Part shown: positions 47,037 through 59,946 of the stretch, piece by piece
How the letters are laid out: the number at the start of each line of letters is the position of its first letter
Numbering within the stretch: the stretch's first letter is position 1
DNA from: Akkermansia muciniphila
Lineage (GTDB): Bacteria; Verrucomicrobiota; Verrucomicrobiia; Opitutales; UBA953
NCBI GenBank assembly: GCA_943331445.1
Contig: CALQLO010000003.1
Coordinates: 66,173-130,172, forward strand
DNA length: 64,000 nucleotides
Reading direction: 5' to 3'
The notes under the pieces: generated by a model
The model's database searches: none
Seen by the model: only the letters and a program-made list of their open reading frames with translations
Told to the model about the DNA's origin: nothing
Made by a program: the position numbers and the translations under genes

Positions 47037-49046
47037 TCAGCGGAGCAGACGGGCGGCTTCAATGGCGCCACTGACCCGCGGCAGGCAAGTCTGTCCAATG
47101 CAGACGGTGAAGCCCGCTTCGGCCGGGGTGCTGGTCATAAACATGGGCCGATAGGGCAGGGCGTGCGGCGCGGTATTGGCATCTCCCAGGAGCTCCGCTC
47201 GGAAGGCATCCCAGCCCCCCGGGGCTTTGGCGGTGGCATAGCCCGAAGCATGTCGAACGAGGCCGTCTAGGGCGTGGGATACCCCGCTAGGTACGTTGCG
47301 CGAAAGTCCGCCATACGCCGAAGCGAGATCAGTGAACTCGCGCGACCAGAGGCTGTCATCATCCAGTGAACGCATGATGCCGAAGCCGTGGAGGAGGGAG
47401 GCGTTGCCGGAGGGAATCGCATTATCAAACCAATCTTTCTGACGAACCGAAAGGTCTTCACGGTCCGCCGGCACAATGAAGTAGCCCACGGCATGAGGGT
47501 CGGCAAAACGATCCTTGGCGGCGTGTAGAATCAGGGAGGCGCGCTGTTGATGGAGCGTACCCGCGGCTGGATTTACCCAAGGCGCGAAAGCCGCTAAGGC
47601 TAGTTCGGCTTCGGCCATCCAGGCGTGATCGGCAAGGCCCGCTGGTAGGCTGGCCTTTTCGCCATGGGCGACACTCAGGAGATTCAGTCCGGGATTTTCC
47701 TTGGCCAGGATGGTCCAGAGTTTCGCTTCAGTCTGTGCGGCGTGCTCATACCAGTCTTTGCGATCCATGATCCAGCTGGCTTTGGCCAACCCGGTGATCA
47801 CCAGGGCATTCCAGCCCAGCAGGTTTTTACTATCACGTTCGGGTTGGGGTCGCCGGTTGCGTTGAGTGAGTAGCTTGGCCCGGGCGGCCGCAAAGCGGGT
47901 GCGCGTGGCGTGATCGCCGCGCAACTTGGGAATATTGGCGCCCTCGAAGTTGCCTTGGTCGGAAAGGCCGTAGGCTTGGGCAAAGGCAAAAGCGTCTGCC
48001 CCTAGGATCTCCGCGACCTCGGCGGACTTCCAGACGTACGTCGTCCCTTCTTCGTGGTCGGTGTCAGCATCGAGCGAGGCCGCGAATAGGCCGTTCTCCG
48101 TGCGCATTTCCCGGAGCATCCAATCGACCGTCTCGGCGCAGACATCCGCATACAGTGGGTCGCGGTAGCGGGCCCAGGCTTCAGCGTAAACGCCAAGGAG
48201 CTGGGCATTGTCGTAAAGCATCTTCTCGAAGTGCGGCACGGTCCAATCACGGTCCACGCAGTAGCGATGGAAGCCGCCACCGATTTGGTCATAAAGCCCG
48301 CCGCGGGCCATGGCACCGAGCGTGATGGTGAGGACGGCATCCATCCGGATGGCGAGGGTGCGGTCGGCTTGGACTTCAGGATCAGCCCGCATACCCAGAA
48401 GAAAACTGAGCGTATGGGGCGAGGGGAACTTGGGGGCACCGCCGAAGCCGCCGTGCTGATCATCATGTTGCTCGCAAATACGTCGAACGGCACTGATGAG
48501 GTCGGCTTTCGTCGGGGCTAGTCCGTCGGCATCAGGTGCCCTTGTGAGGTGCGTGAGGTTCTGGGCAATCGCGTCAGCATTGGCGCCGAGCTCAGTTTTG
48601 TTGCGATGGTAGAAGTCGGCCACGCGCATGAGCAACTGCGGCCAGGGGACTTGCCCGTGGCCGCGATCTTCGGGCGGGAAGTAAGTTCCGCCGAAGAATG
48701 GCCGGCCATCCGGTAAGCAGAAACAATTGAGCGGCCATCCGCCGTGCCCCTGAATCATCTGGACCGCGTCCATCATCAGCTTGTCGACTTCAGGGCGTTC
48801 CTCGCGGTCAACTTTGATACAAATGAAATGCTGATTCATCAGATCCGCAATCCAGGCCTGTTCGAAGGACTCACGGGCCATCACATGACACCAATGGCAG
48901 GATGAATAGCCGACCGAAACCAAGACGGGTTTATTCTCGGCTTTGGCCGCGGCAAAGGCTGCCGGACCCCAAGGCCACCAGTGCACGGGGTTATCCCGGT
49001 GCTGGCGGAGGTAGAGAGAGCTTTCTTGGGCCAGGAGGTTCGGCAC
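47037..49046 (-). CDS. Thioredoxin-domain protein, DUF255/YyaL family (N-terminal Trx fold plus (alpha/alpha)6 domain)
   Basis: [37 protein letters not shown], and the length (669 aa) is typical of the family. Confidence 0.85.
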   Translation of the reverse strand: MPNLLAQESSLYLRQHRDNPVHWWPWGPAAFAAAKAENKPVLVSVGYSSCHWCHVMARESFEQAWIADLMNQHFICIKVDREERPEVDKLMMDAVQMIQGHGGWPLNCFCLPDGRPFFGGTYFPPEDRGHGQVPWPQLLMRVADFYHRNKTELGANADAIAQNLTHLTRAPDADGLAPTKADLISAVRRICEQHDDQHGGFGGAPKFPSPHTLSFLLGMRADPEVQADRTLAIRMDAVLTITLGAMARGGLYDQIGGGFHRYCVDRDWTVPHFEKMLYDNAQLLGVYAEAWARYRDPLYADVCAETVDWMLREMRTENGLFAASLDADTDHEEGTTYVWKSAEVAEILGADAFAFAQAYGLSDQGNFEGANIPKLRGDHATRTRFAAARAKLLTQRNRRPQPERDSKNLLGWNALVITGLAKASWIMDRKDWYEHAAQTEAKLWTILAKENPGLNLLSVAHGEKASLPAGLADHAWMAEAELALAAFAPWVNPAAGTLHQQRASLILHAAKDRFADPHAVGYFIVPADREDLSVRQKDWFDNAIPSGNASLLHGFGIMRSLDDDSLWSREFTDLASAYGGLSRNVPSGVSHALDGLVRHASGYATAKAPGGWDAFRAELLGDANTAPHALPYRPMFMTSTPAEAGFTVCIGQTCLPRVSGAIEAARLLR

Positions 49047-49120
49047 GCCTGCACGGTTGAGATACCGCCGCAGGGTGCAACAAAGACCGTTAGGCCGCCC
49101 TTCGACTTGCAGGAGGGCCG

Positions 49121-49771
49121 ATGTCGGTCAAGGCTCGGGGAATGAGGCCCCTGATGTTCGCCATGCTGCTGACTGTCGCCACCGCGACGGCGGTGGAGGT
49201 GCGGGTCCAGTTGCCCGACCAGGGGGTGGATGATCGGCTGAAGGCATTTGCTGCCCGTTCGGAATCCTTGGTGGTTGAATGGGAGCCCAAGGTGGCGGCG
49301 GCCCTCGGAGTGCCGGTCGAACGTCGGCCTAAATCCGTCACGATTATTTTCCGGGACATGAAGGGGGTCGCTTATTGGGACGGTAAGGCGATCAACGTCG
49401 CGACCGCGTGGGTGGCCGGGCATCCCGATGATGCGGGTCTGGTTGTCCATGAACTTACCCATGTGCTGCAGGGTTACCGCAAGGCCCCCGGCTGGATGAC
49501 GGAAGGGCTGGCGGACTATGTCCGCTTTCAGCTGATGGAGAAAGGGAAGTTCGGTATCCGTATCGACCCCTCCAAGAATAAGCCTACGGACTCATATCGC
49601 GTGACTGGTTATTTCTTGGCCCAAGCCGAGAAGAAGTACCCCGGGCTTATCGTGAAACTTAATCAGGCCTGCTTCGAGGGTGCGCCCGTCGACAAGGTCT
49701 TTGCCGCCCACTGTGACGGGCGTACCTATGAGCAGGCCTGGGCTGAGCTGGTGCCGCCGATCAAGAAGTAG
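49121..49771 (+). CDS. Secreted basic-secretory-protein (BSP, PF04450-like) zinc metallopeptidase
   Basis: Signal peptide [17 protein letters not shown] plus [31 protein letters not shown] (an HExxH with a downstream EG.ADY.R). Confidence 0.65.
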   Translation: MSVKARGMRPLMFAMLLTVATATAVEVRVQLPDQGVDDRLKAFAARSESLVVEWEPKVAAALGVPVERRPKSVTIIFRDMKGVAYWDGKAINVATAWVAGHPDDAGLVVHELTHVLQGYRKAPGWMTEGLADYVRFQLMEKGKFGIRIDPSKNKPTDSYRVTGYFLAQAEKKYPGLIVKLNQACFEGAPVDKVFAAHCDGRTYEQAWAELVPPIKK

Positions 49772-49773
49772 CC

Positions 49774-51504
49774 ATGGCCACGATTCGCATTCTGGAAGAC
49801 ACGGTAGCCAACCAGATCGCCGCCGGCGAAGTGGTTGAGCGGCCCGCGGCGGTGATCAAGGAGTTGCTGGAGAACTCGCTCGACGCCGGCGCTCGGCGCG
49901 TGACCGTAGACTTTTCCCGCGGTGGCAAGGCCTTGATGATCGTGGATGATGATGGGAAGGGTATGACCGGAGAGGAGGCGCTACTCAGCCTGGAGCGTCA
50001 CGCGACGAGTAAGATTCGTATTGCGGCCGACCTCGACCGCATCGCCACTTTTGGTTTCCGCGGCGAAGCGCTCCCTTCCATCGCGAGTGTCGCCCGCTTC
50101 ACGATGCAAACCCGCCCAACGGAGGCGCCCTCTGGCACGGAAATCTCGGTTAACGCTGGTAAAATAGTCCATCGCCGCGAACACGGCATGGCTCCAGGTA
50201 CTCGCATTGAGGTAGCCAATCTTTTTCACCCGGTCCCAGCGCGACTCAAGTTCCTGAAGTCCGATGAGACGGAGGCAGCGCACATTGTTCGGCTAGTCCG
50301 GTTGTATGCAGTCGCTCATCCAGAAGTTGGGTTCCTGTTGCGCGAAGATGGCCGCGAGATTTTCCGGTCGCCGGGTAATGCGCCTTTGCTTGATCGCGTC
50401 CGTGAAATCTGGGGTCGGCAGGTCGCGGAAGAGGTAACGCTCATGCCAGTCTTTGCCCGCCCAGGGATGAAGCTCAGTGGGCTCCTCGGGAAGCCTGGTG
50501 TCAGTCGTGGCACTCGGCAGGACTTGGTCACGGTAGTGAATGGACGCCCGGTGGATAGTCGCACGATGGCCTTTGCGCTGATGGAGAGCTATCACACCTT
50601 AATCCCTAAGGGTCGATATCCGCTCGCCTTTGTTTTCCTCGAAATGGATCCGGCTTGGGTCGATGTGAATGTCCACCCCGCTAAGCGCGAGGTGCGTTTT
50701 CGTGATGAAGCCCGCGTCCGTAATTTCCTGATTGAATCCGTGCTCGCCGTCCTGCGTTCGCACGGTGGTGACGGATTGCCCGCCCAGACGGTACCTGCGG
50801 TCGCCCCGTTGGTCGCGGGAGCCGCTTCCGTGGTCAGTATCGCCGCGCCGGTACCACCCACAATCCCCGTCCCGGCGTCCGCTGGAGTGGCGGTGCCGGT
50901 ACCCGTGGCGCCTGCGCATGCTCCCGCCGTGCGACTCGGCTGGAGGCTACTTTCGCGCCTGCGCGAAGAGCGTGCCGTCTTTGAGACCCCGACGGGGTTG
51001 GCGATTCTCGATATCGGTGCCGCGCATCAACGTGTGCTCTACGAATCCATCCTCAAGCAGTTCTCCGAGCAGAAACCGGTCAGTCAGCCTCTGTTGATGC
51101 CGTTGGCGATAGAGCTCGAACCGCTGCCCGCCGCGGTACTGCGTGAACGCCTCCCGCTCCTCACGGCGGCGGGTTTTGATTTCGAAGAATATGGGCGCAA
51201 TTTCTGGCGGATGGCGGCACTACCCGCATGGCTCGAACCGGAGGATGCCCTGGATTTCGTGCGCGATTTACTTGCCGAGATGGCTCGACGCGAAGGTGAT
51301 TTTGGTCGCCCGTCCCTAGCCTACGACGCGCTTGCGAAGCTGGCTGTAGGGAAAGCACGCCGGAAGGGCGACGCCATGTCTGAGGGTGAGCTGATGGAGC
51401 TAGTGCAGTCTTTATTCCGGACGGCACAACCTGGGACGTGCCCGCGGGGTCGACGTACCTATGTCGAGTGGACCGATGCCGATCTCGGTCGCCGATTCGG
51501 CTGA
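49774..51504 (+). CDS. mutL: DNA mismatch repair protein MutL
   Basis: The GHKL N-terminus reads IAAGEVVERPAAVIKELLENSLDAG and FGFRGEAL. The linker is Pro/Ala-rich and is followed by a C-terminal dimerisation domain. Confidence 0.9.
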   Translation: MATIRILEDTVANQIAAGEVVERPAAVIKELLENSLDAGARRVTVDFSRGGKALMIVDDDGKGMTGEEALLSLERHATSKIRIAADLDRIATFGFRGEALPSIASVARFTMQTRPTEAPSGTEISVNAGKIVHRREHGMAPGTRIEVANLFHPVPARLKFLKSDETEAAHIVRLVRLYAVAHPEVGFLLREDGREIFRSPGNAPLLDRVREIWGRQVAEEVTLMPVFARPGMKLSGLLGKPGVSRGTRQDLVTVVNGRPVDSRTMAFALMESYHTLIPKGRYPLAFVFLEMDPAWVDVNVHPAKREVRFRDEARVRNFLIESVLAVLRSHGGDGLPAQTVPAVAPLVAGAASVVSIAAPVPPTIPVPASAGVAVPVPVAPAHAPAVRLGWRLLSRLREERAVFETPTGLAILDIGAAHQRVLYESILKQFSEQKPVSQPLLMPLAIELEPLPAAVLRERLPLLTAAGFDFEEYGRNFWRMAALPAWLEPEDALDFVRDLLAEMARREGDFGRPSLAYDALAKLAVGKARRKGDAMSEGELMELVQSLFRTAQPGTCPRGRRTYVEWTDADLGRRFG

Positions 51505-53490
<1,986 letters not shown>

Positions 53491-53491
53491 C

Positions 53492-54157
53492 TCAGCTAAG
53501 GCGGCCGCGGGCGAGCCACTGCGGGTCTACTTCGGAAAGGTCCTTCACAATGCGATGGGCGCCAGCGGTGACCAGCTGCTCGCGGGTATTGGTCGTGGCC
53601 AGGGCGATCGTGATGAAGCCGCCATCGATCCCGGCTTTCAGTCCGGAGAAGGAGTCTTCGAAGACAAAAGAACTCGCCGGTTCGCCGCCCCCGAGGGCGC
53701 AAGCCTTCAGGAAAACTTCTGGGTCGGGCTTGCCGCGGCTAACATCCTCGCTGGCGATCGCCCCCAGGAAGTAGTCGCCGATGCCGAATAACTCGAAGGA
53801 GAGGGCGAGGTTCGCCTTGTGGGTCGACGTACCGATCACGCAGGGAATGCCGAGATCATGGAGCGCACCGCAGAGTTCGCGGACGCCCGGAAGCAGGTGA
53901 ACATGGCCGGTGCGGGCGATATCTCGGTACAGAGCTTCCTTGCGGTCGGAGAGGCGCTTCACCTCAGTCTTATCGTTAGCCCAGCCCAAGATATCCGGAA
54001 TGATTAGCTCGTTACGCTTGCCGAAGCCGCGTTTGAAATGGTCAGCAGGTAGCGGAAGTTTCTCCTCGGCTGCCAAGGCTTCCCAGGAGCGTTCATGGGC
54101 TATCGAGGAGTCGATGACGACTCCGTCCCAGTCAAAGACGGCAACAGTGCGGGGCAT
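53492..54157 (-). CDS. HAD-superfamily hydrolase (beta-phosphoglucomutase-like subfamily IA)
   Basis: Motif I VAVFDWDGVVIDS, GTST, and motif IV FEDSFSG. Confidence 0.75.
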   Translation of the reverse strand: MPRTVAVFDWDGVVIDSSIAHERSWEALAAEEKLPLPADHFKRGFGKRNELIIPDILGWANDKTEVKRLSDRKEALYRDIARTGHVHLLPGVRELCGALHDLGIPCVIGTSTHKANLALSFELFGIGDYFLGAIASEDVSRGKPDPEVFLKACALGGGEPASSFVFEDSFSGLKAGIDGGFITIALATTNTREQLVTAGAHRIVKDLSEVDPQWLARGRLS

Positions 54158-54160
54158 GGC

Positions 54161-55636
54161 TCAGTGCTTATCCCAAGGCAGTGTCACCTTCACCGGACGA
54201 TGTTCCCAGACGTTAAGCGGGTCGAAAATCTGGCCAGGGGCGAGGATGCCGTTGGGATCGAGAGCCTGCTTGACTGCCATCATCGCTCCAATTTCGGCGG
54301 GCGTATGCTGCAGGCGGAGGAAAGGAGATTTCGCGATGCCAATGCCATGTTCGCCCGTGATGGCTCCACCGAGTTCCACGACTTTGGTCATCACTTCGTG
54401 GATGGCTTTCTCCGCTTTGCGGCAATGCTCGGGATTGTCCCGGTCATACATGATATGAACATGGAAGTTGCCGTCGGCCGCGTGGCCAAAGGTCGGCGTT
54501 GCCAGGCCGATCCGGTCGCGGACTTCACGCGTATAGCGGATGAGCTCAACATAGGACCGGAAAGGGACGACGATATCTTCGTTGAGTTTCGCGTTACCCA
54601 GCGAATACATCGCTTGCGAGCAGGTGCGGCGGATGTCCCAAAGAGCTTCGGCTTCGGCTTCGACGTCGGTCTCACGGAAGGCGATAGCGTGGCGGCTGAT
54701 CCAGGCCCGGACTTTCACTGCATCCTCCGCTAGTGCGGCCGGGTGGCCGTCGATTTCGACGAGGAGGATGGCGTGGGTGTCGGCGAGCCCTTGGAGCTCG
54801 GTGGCCGTGAAGACGCGGCTGCCGCGTTGCTTCTCGGCGGCCTCGACGGTCTGGGTGTCGAGGAATTCGAAAACGGCGGGGTTCACGCGCAGGCCCATTA
54901 GTTCGGCGGCGGCTTCGAGGGCTCCTTCGTCGGTGCGGCAGGCGATCAGGAAGGTGCGGCGGGCGGCGGGCTTATTGACGAGTTTCAGGGTGGCCTGTGT
55001 GATCACGCCGAGCGTGCCCTCGGAGCCAATCCAGAGGTCACGGATATTAAGGCCGCTAACAAATTTGCGGAGCGGCGCGGCCCAGCGCACTTTTTCACCC
55101 GTGGGGAGAAAGCCTTCGAGGGCGTAGACGTGGTCACGGACAACTCCGTACTTCGCGGCGCGGAGGCCGCCGGCGTTGGTCGCGATATTTCCGCCGATGC
55201 TGCAATACTTGAGCGAGGACGGATCGGGCGGGAAGAAGAGCCCGTGAGGGGCGGCGAGTTCGTTGATGCGGGCGGTGATTGCCCCGGGTTGCACGGTCGC
55301 CATTGCGGAGATCGGATCGATCTCGATTTTATCCCAGTGGTCTAGGTGGATGACCCATCCGCCTTGGATCGGGGAGCTGGCACCAGTGTTGCCGGTGCCG
55401 CGGCCGCGGACAGTCACCGGGATGCGGTATTCGTTGGCGAGCTTCAGGACGATTCCGATGTCGTCCTCCACGCCTGGGCGGATGACCGCTTCGGGCATGA
55501 AGGAAAGGCGCATGTTGTCGAACGACGCGGCGAAGCAGGTAGCTTCATCGGTCAGCACCTTCTCTGGGCCGAGTTTGGCCAGTAGGGCTTGAGTGGCGGC
55601 AGGATGCGTCTTCACGAGGGAGCTCACGCCCGCCAT
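54161..55636 (-). CDS. FAD-linked oxidase (GlcD / D-lactate dehydrogenase-like)
   Basis: PCMH-type FAD-binding N-terminus (VTVRGRGTGNTGAS) and a C-terminal FAD-oxidase domain (GGAITGEHGIG). Confidence 0.8.
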   Translation of the reverse strand: MAGVSSLVKTHPAATQALLAKLGPEKVLTDEATCFAASFDNMRLSFMPEAVIRPGVEDDIGIVLKLANEYRIPVTVRGRGTGNTGASSPIQGGWVIHLDHWDKIEIDPISAMATVQPGAITARINELAAPHGLFFPPDPSSLKYCSIGGNIATNAGGLRAAKYGVVRDHVYALEGFLPTGEKVRWAAPLRKFVSGLNIRDLWIGSEGTLGVITQATLKLVNKPAARRTFLIACRTDEGALEAAAELMGLRVNPAVFEFLDTQTVEAAEKQRGSRVFTATELQGLADTHAILLVEIDGHPAALAEDAVKVRAWISRHAIAFRETDVEAEAEALWDIRRTCSQAMYSLGNAKLNEDIVVPFRSYVELIRYTREVRDRIGLATPTFGHAADGNFHVHIMYDRDNPEHCRKAEKAIHEVMTKVVELGGAITGEHGIGIAKSPFLRLQHTPAEIGAMMAVKQALDPNGILAPGQIFDPLNVWEHRPVKVTLPWDKH

Positions 55637-55645
55637 CGTGCACCC

Positions 55646-57589
55646 TTAGCCCAGTTCGGCAAGCCACGCTGTCGCTTCGGCGTCGGAAGGCATGCGCCAA
55701 TCGCCGCGCGGCGAAAGGGCTAAGGACCCGACCTTGGGGCCATCCGGCATCGCGGAGCGCTTATATTGCTGGGTGAAGAAGCGGCTCAGGAACGAGCGGA
55801 GCCAATGGCGGATCTCCGCTTGGTCATATTTTCCGGCAAAGGCGTGTTCCGCGATCCAGAGCACCTTTGAGGGGCGGAAGCCGTTGCGGATGACGTGATA
55901 GAGGAAGAAGTCGTGCAGCTCGTACGGGCCGACAATCATCTCGGTCTGTTGGGCGATTTCACCGTCGGCTCCGGGAGGGAGTAATTCGGGGCTCACGGGC
56001 GTGGCGACGATGTCTTCCAGGATGCTGCGTTCTGGGCCGACGTGGCGCGCATGGGCGGCCCACGAAACCAAATGCTTCACGAGCGTCTTCGGAACGCCGA
56101 TGTTCACGTGGTACATCGACATATGGTCAGCGTTGAACGTGCACCAGCCGAGGGCGGCTTCGGAAAGGTCGCCCGTGCCGACGACGAAGCCCTGACACTG
56201 ATTGGCCGTGTCCATTAGGATCTGCGTGCGCTCGCGGGCCTGGGCGTTCTCGAAAGTGACGTCGTGTTTGCCGGCCGGGTGGTGGATATCCTTGAGGTGT
56301 TGATCGACGGCCTCGTTGATAGGAATTTCGCGGGCCGTGATGCCGAGCGTTTCCATCAGGCGCATTGCGTTCATGCGGGTGCGGGCCGAGGTGCCTGGGC
56401 CCGGCATCGTGAGTCCGATGATGCCTTTGCGATCCAGCCCGAGCCGATTGAACGCTTCGAGGGTGACCAAAAGGGCCAGCGTGGAGTCGAGTCCGCCTGA
56501 GACGCCAATGACGATGTGCTTGAGGCCTGTATGTCGGATGCGACGGGCGAGGCCGGTCGATTGGATTGCGAAGATTTCTTGGCAATTCTCGTCGCGCCGA
56601 TGGGCGTCGGAAGGGACAAATGGATGCTGGCTGAAGCGACGGCGCAGTTTGGGGGTCTGCCCGACGGGCGTACCGAGTTCGAAGCTGAGGACGCGAGGGC
56701 GGAGGGTCGACGGAGCACCGAAGAAGGTGCTATTGCGGCGGCGTTCGGCGGCCAGGCGGTCAAGGTCGACCTGGGAAACAATCAGGGCGAGATCAAAGCG
56801 GAAGCGTTCTGATTCGCCGAGTACTACGCCGTTCTCGGCGATGAGTCCGTGCCCGCTATAGACGATGTCCGTGCTCGATTCGCCGGCGCCGGCGGCCGCA
56901 TAGACATAGGCGGCGAGGCAGCGGGCGGATTGGGATTTCACCAGGTCGCGTCGGTAGGCGGCCTTGGTCAGGAGTTCATCGCTGGCCGAAAGGTTGCAGA
57001 GGAGGGTGGCGCCGGCGAGTGCGAGGGCTCCGCTTGGGGGCTCGACGGCCCAAAGGTCTTCGCAGATCTCGATGCCGATGACACAGTCCGGCATGTCTTT
57101 GGCCTGGAAGAGTAGGTCGGTGCCGAAAGGGACTTTCTGGCCGAGGAGATCAACTTCGCTGACTGAGGCGACACGGGCCGACGCGAACCAGCGCTGTTCG
57201 TAGAATTCCCCGGTATTGGGCAAGTGGGTCTTGGGGACGACGCCGAGGACCTTGCCGCGGGAGATGGCGACGGCGACATTGAAGAGGCGTCCATTGACCT
57301 CCAGAGGCAGCCCGACAAGGGCAGTTAGGCCGAGCTTAGCGGTAGCCTCGCAAACCTGTCCTAGGGCCTTCAGGGCACCCGCTAGCAGGGTGCGTTGGCC
57401 GAAGAGGTCGCCGCAGCTATAGCCGGTCAGGCAGAGTTCGGGTAGAACCACCAATTCAACCCCCTCTTGCGCGGCCTTTTCCAGAGCCTGACAAATCAGG
57501 TGGGCGTTGGCCGCAGGGTCCCCCAGCCGGAGGGCCGGCGAGGCGGCCGCCACGGTCAAAAAACCGTTCTGGTGGATGCGGTTGGACAT
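55646..57589 (-). CDS. nadE: Glutamine-dependent NAD+ synthetase (CN-hydrolase plus synthetase domains)
   Basis: The nitrilase-type block is IGIEICEDLW and the PP-loop is IGVSGGLDS. ATG at 57589. Confidence 0.9.
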   Translation of the reverse strand: MSNRIHQNGFLTVAAASPALRLGDPAANAHLICQALEKAAQEGVELVVLPELCLTGYSCGDLFGQRTLLAGALKALGQVCEATAKLGLTALVGLPLEVNGRLFNVAVAISRGKVLGVVPKTHLPNTGEFYEQRWFASARVASVSEVDLLGQKVPFGTDLLFQAKDMPDCVIGIEICEDLWAVEPPSGALALAGATLLCNLSASDELLTKAAYRRDLVKSQSARCLAAYVYAAAGAGESSTDIVYSGHGLIAENGVVLGESERFRFDLALIVSQVDLDRLAAERRRNSTFFGAPSTLRPRVLSFELGTPVGQTPKLRRRFSQHPFVPSDAHRRDENCQEIFAIQSTGLARRIRHTGLKHIVIGVSGGLDSTLALLVTLEAFNRLGLDRKGIIGLTMPGPGTSARTRMNAMRLMETLGITAREIPINEAVDQHLKDIHHPAGKHDVTFENAQARERTQILMDTANQCQGFVVGTGDLSEAALGWCTFNADHMSMYHVNIGVPKTLVKHLVSWAAHARHVGPERSILEDIVATPVSPELLPPGADGEIAQQTEMIVGPYELHDFFLYHVIRNGFRPSKVLWIAEHAFAGKYDQAEIRHWLRSFLSRFFTQQYKRSAMPDGPKVGSLALSPRGDWRMPSDAEATAWLAELG

Positions 57590-57674
57590 CAAAGGACGAG
57601 AAGCCGTTATGTTCACCGTTGACCGAAGGGGAGGCAACCCGAAAGGTCTGCCATTCCCTGTTCAAAGGGGCCAA

Positions 57675-58628
57675 ATGACCACCCAGCCGCTCAAAGAAGT
57701 CCGGATCTTTTCGCCCGCCACCGTGGCCAATGTGGCGTGCGGTTTCGATGTGCTCGGTTTCGCCATCGACTCACCCGGAGACGAAATCGTCGCCCGCTTC
57801 TCGTCCAAGCCCGGACTGACCATCTCTAAAATCACTGGCGACGACGGTCGTCTACCGCTCGACTCCAAGAAGAACACGGCCGGCGTGGCGGCCCATGCGC
57901 TGTTGCGCCACCTTGGTAAGAGCGACGTCGGCATCGAGATGGAGATTCACAAGAAGATGCCCTTCGGCAGTGGTCTCGGCTCCAGTGCCGCCAGCGCGGT
58001 CGGTGGGGCCTTCGTGGTGAATCGTCTGCTCGGTGACCCGCTGACTCGCCTGCAGTTGCTTCCTTTCGTCGTCGCTGGTGAAGCCGCGGCCGATGGCGCC
58101 TGGCATGCCGACAATGTGGCGCCCTGTTTGCTGGGCGGAATCACTTTGATTCGTTCCAATGCCGAACTTGATGTGATGGATGTGCCGATTCCGGATCGGC
58201 TCTGGGCCGCCGTCGTCCATCCGGACATTGTCGTGCTGACCAAGGTCGCCCGGGAGATTATGCCGCGGCAGGTGCAACTGGAAATCTCTACACAACAGAG
58301 TGGCAATCTTGGTGGCCTACTCTGCGGCTTCTTTAAAAGCGACTATGCTCTCATCGGCCGCTCGCTGCATGACTTGATTGCCGAGCCACACCGCCACCGC
58401 CTGATTCCGGAGTTCTATCGTGCCAAGGCCGCCGCCATGGCCGCCGGAGCGCTTGGTTTCTCCATTTCTGGTGCCGGCCCCAGCGTCTTCGCTTTGTGCG
58501 AAGGCGAGGAAACCGCCCGCAAGGTTGCCGCCGCGGTCGCCGCCGTGTTTGCTTCGGTGCCGATTAAGGCCACGCCTTACGTCTCGCGTATCAATCCAAA
58601 GGGTGTCCATGTCATCTCCGAGTCCTAA
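57675..58628 (+). CDS. thrB: Homoserine kinase
   Basis: ATVANVACGFDVLG and GHMP motif PFGSGLGSSAAS. ATG at 57675. Confidence 0.9.
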   Translation: MTTQPLKEVRIFSPATVANVACGFDVLGFAIDSPGDEIVARFSSKPGLTISKITGDDGRLPLDSKKNTAGVAAHALLRHLGKSDVGIEMEIHKKMPFGSGLGSSAASAVGGAFVVNRLLGDPLTRLQLLPFVVAGEAAADGAWHADNVAPCLLGGITLIRSNAELDVMDVPIPDRLWAAVVHPDIVVLTKVAREIMPRQVQLEISTQQSGNLGGLLCGFFKSDYALIGRSLHDLIAEPHRHRLIPEFYRAKAAAMAAGALGFSISGAGPSVFALCEGEETARKVAAAVAAVFASVPIKATPYVSRINPKGVHVISES

Positions 58629-59940
58629 GTTGGAATTCGTCTCAACGGCTGACGCTTCCTGTCGCGGCTCTCTCCGCGAGGTGTTGCTTTCGGCGATGCC
58701 CGCCCGGGGTGGGCTATGGGTGCCAACGCACATTCCACAGCTCGCGCCCGACTTCATGGAGCAGCATCGGCATGACTCGTATGCCGAGTTGGCTGAAGCG
58801 GTGATCGCCCCCTATTTCGCTGAGGTCCTCGGCCCCGCGGTGTTGCGTCAAATCTGCCAGGACGCCTTTAACTTCCCTGTGCCACTGGTGTATCCGGAAC
58901 GGCTCAAAGGAACGCCAGCTGAGCGACTCGCGGTACTGGAGCTCTTTCATGGGCCTTCCGCCGCCTTTAAGGACTTTGCCGTGCGCACGCTCGTGCGCGT
59001 CACGGCTCGCGTCCTCGGTAATGACTTCCCGCAACTGACGGTCTTGGCCGCCACCTCCGGTGATACTGGGGCCGCGGTAACTGAAGCCTGCGCCGGGGTG
59101 CCCGGGGTGCGTGCGGTCGTGCTTTATCCGCGCGTCGGCGTGAGCGGCGTGCAGGAGTCGCAAATCGCCCGAGCGCGTCCGGGCGTCGTCGCGATCTCCG
59201 TCGATGGCACCTTTGATGACTGTCAGGCTATCGTGAAACGCGCGTTGGCTGACGAGAGCCTGCGTCGTCGTCGCCCGTTGCTGACGGCCAATTCTATCAA
59301 CCCAGTTCGCCTTATCGCACAGGTGCCCTTCGCTTTCCATGCGAAGCGTCTACTCGCTTCAGGTCGGCGGATGGGTGTCGTCGTCCCTTCGGGAAATCTC
59401 GGCAACGTCGGCGCCGTTCAGTTGGCCCGTCGGATGGGCTTGGAGGTGGCCGCGCTGGTTGCCGCCACGAACACCAATTCACCGCTACCGGAACTCTTTG
59501 CCACGGGGCAATATCGGGCCCGCCGATCAAATCCCACCGCTTCGAACGCGATGGATATCGGTGACCCAAATAACCTCGCTCGCTTGCTTGCCTGGCGACA
59601 GGGCGGCCCTTCGGTTGAGGCCGTGACCGTCGATGATCGTGCCACTCTGGATGCGATGCGCCGCGTGAGAGATGCTAGTGGTTACGTGCTCTGTCCACAT
59701 ACCGCTGTCGGCTGGAAGGCCGGCGAAGACCTACTTGTTCGGGCGGGCGCTCAATTGGATGACGTGGTTGTCTTCGGCACAGCCCACCCGGCCAAGTTCC
59801 CTGATGTGCTCCAGGCTGCCTTCGGTGACGCTAGTGTTTCGCGTTTCCCGGGCGAACTTCCTCCGCCAGAGCCGATTAAGATCGGTAATGACTTTGAGGC
59901 AGTGCGCGCCGTGCTGGAGTCTGAAGCGGGCTTCCGTTGA
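58609..59940 (+). CDS. thrC: Threonine synthase
   Basis: PLP-Lys block SAAFKDFA and TSGDTGAA. The ATG at 58609 overlaps thrB by 20 nt. Confidence 0.9.
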   Translation: MSSPSPKLEFVSTADASCRGSLREVLLSAMPARGGLWVPTHIPQLAPDFMEQHRHDSYAELAEAVIAPYFAEVLGPAVLRQICQDAFNFPVPLVYPERLKGTPAERLAVLELFHGPSAAFKDFAVRTLVRVTARVLGNDFPQLTVLAATSGDTGAAVTEACAGVPGVRAVVLYPRVGVSGVQESQIARARPGVVAISVDGTFDDCQAIVKRALADESLRRRRPLLTANSINPVRLIAQVPFAFHAKRLLASGRRMGVVVPSGNLGNVGAVQLARRMGLEVAALVAATNTNSPLPELFATGQYRARRSNPTASNAMDIGDPNNLARLLAWRQGGPSVEAVTVDDRATLDAMRRVRDASGYVLCPHTAVGWKAGEDLLVRAGAQLDDVVVFGTAHPAKFPDVLQAAFGDASVSRFPGELPPPEPIKIGNDFEAVRAVLESEAGFR

Positions 59941-59946
59941 GGAGGC

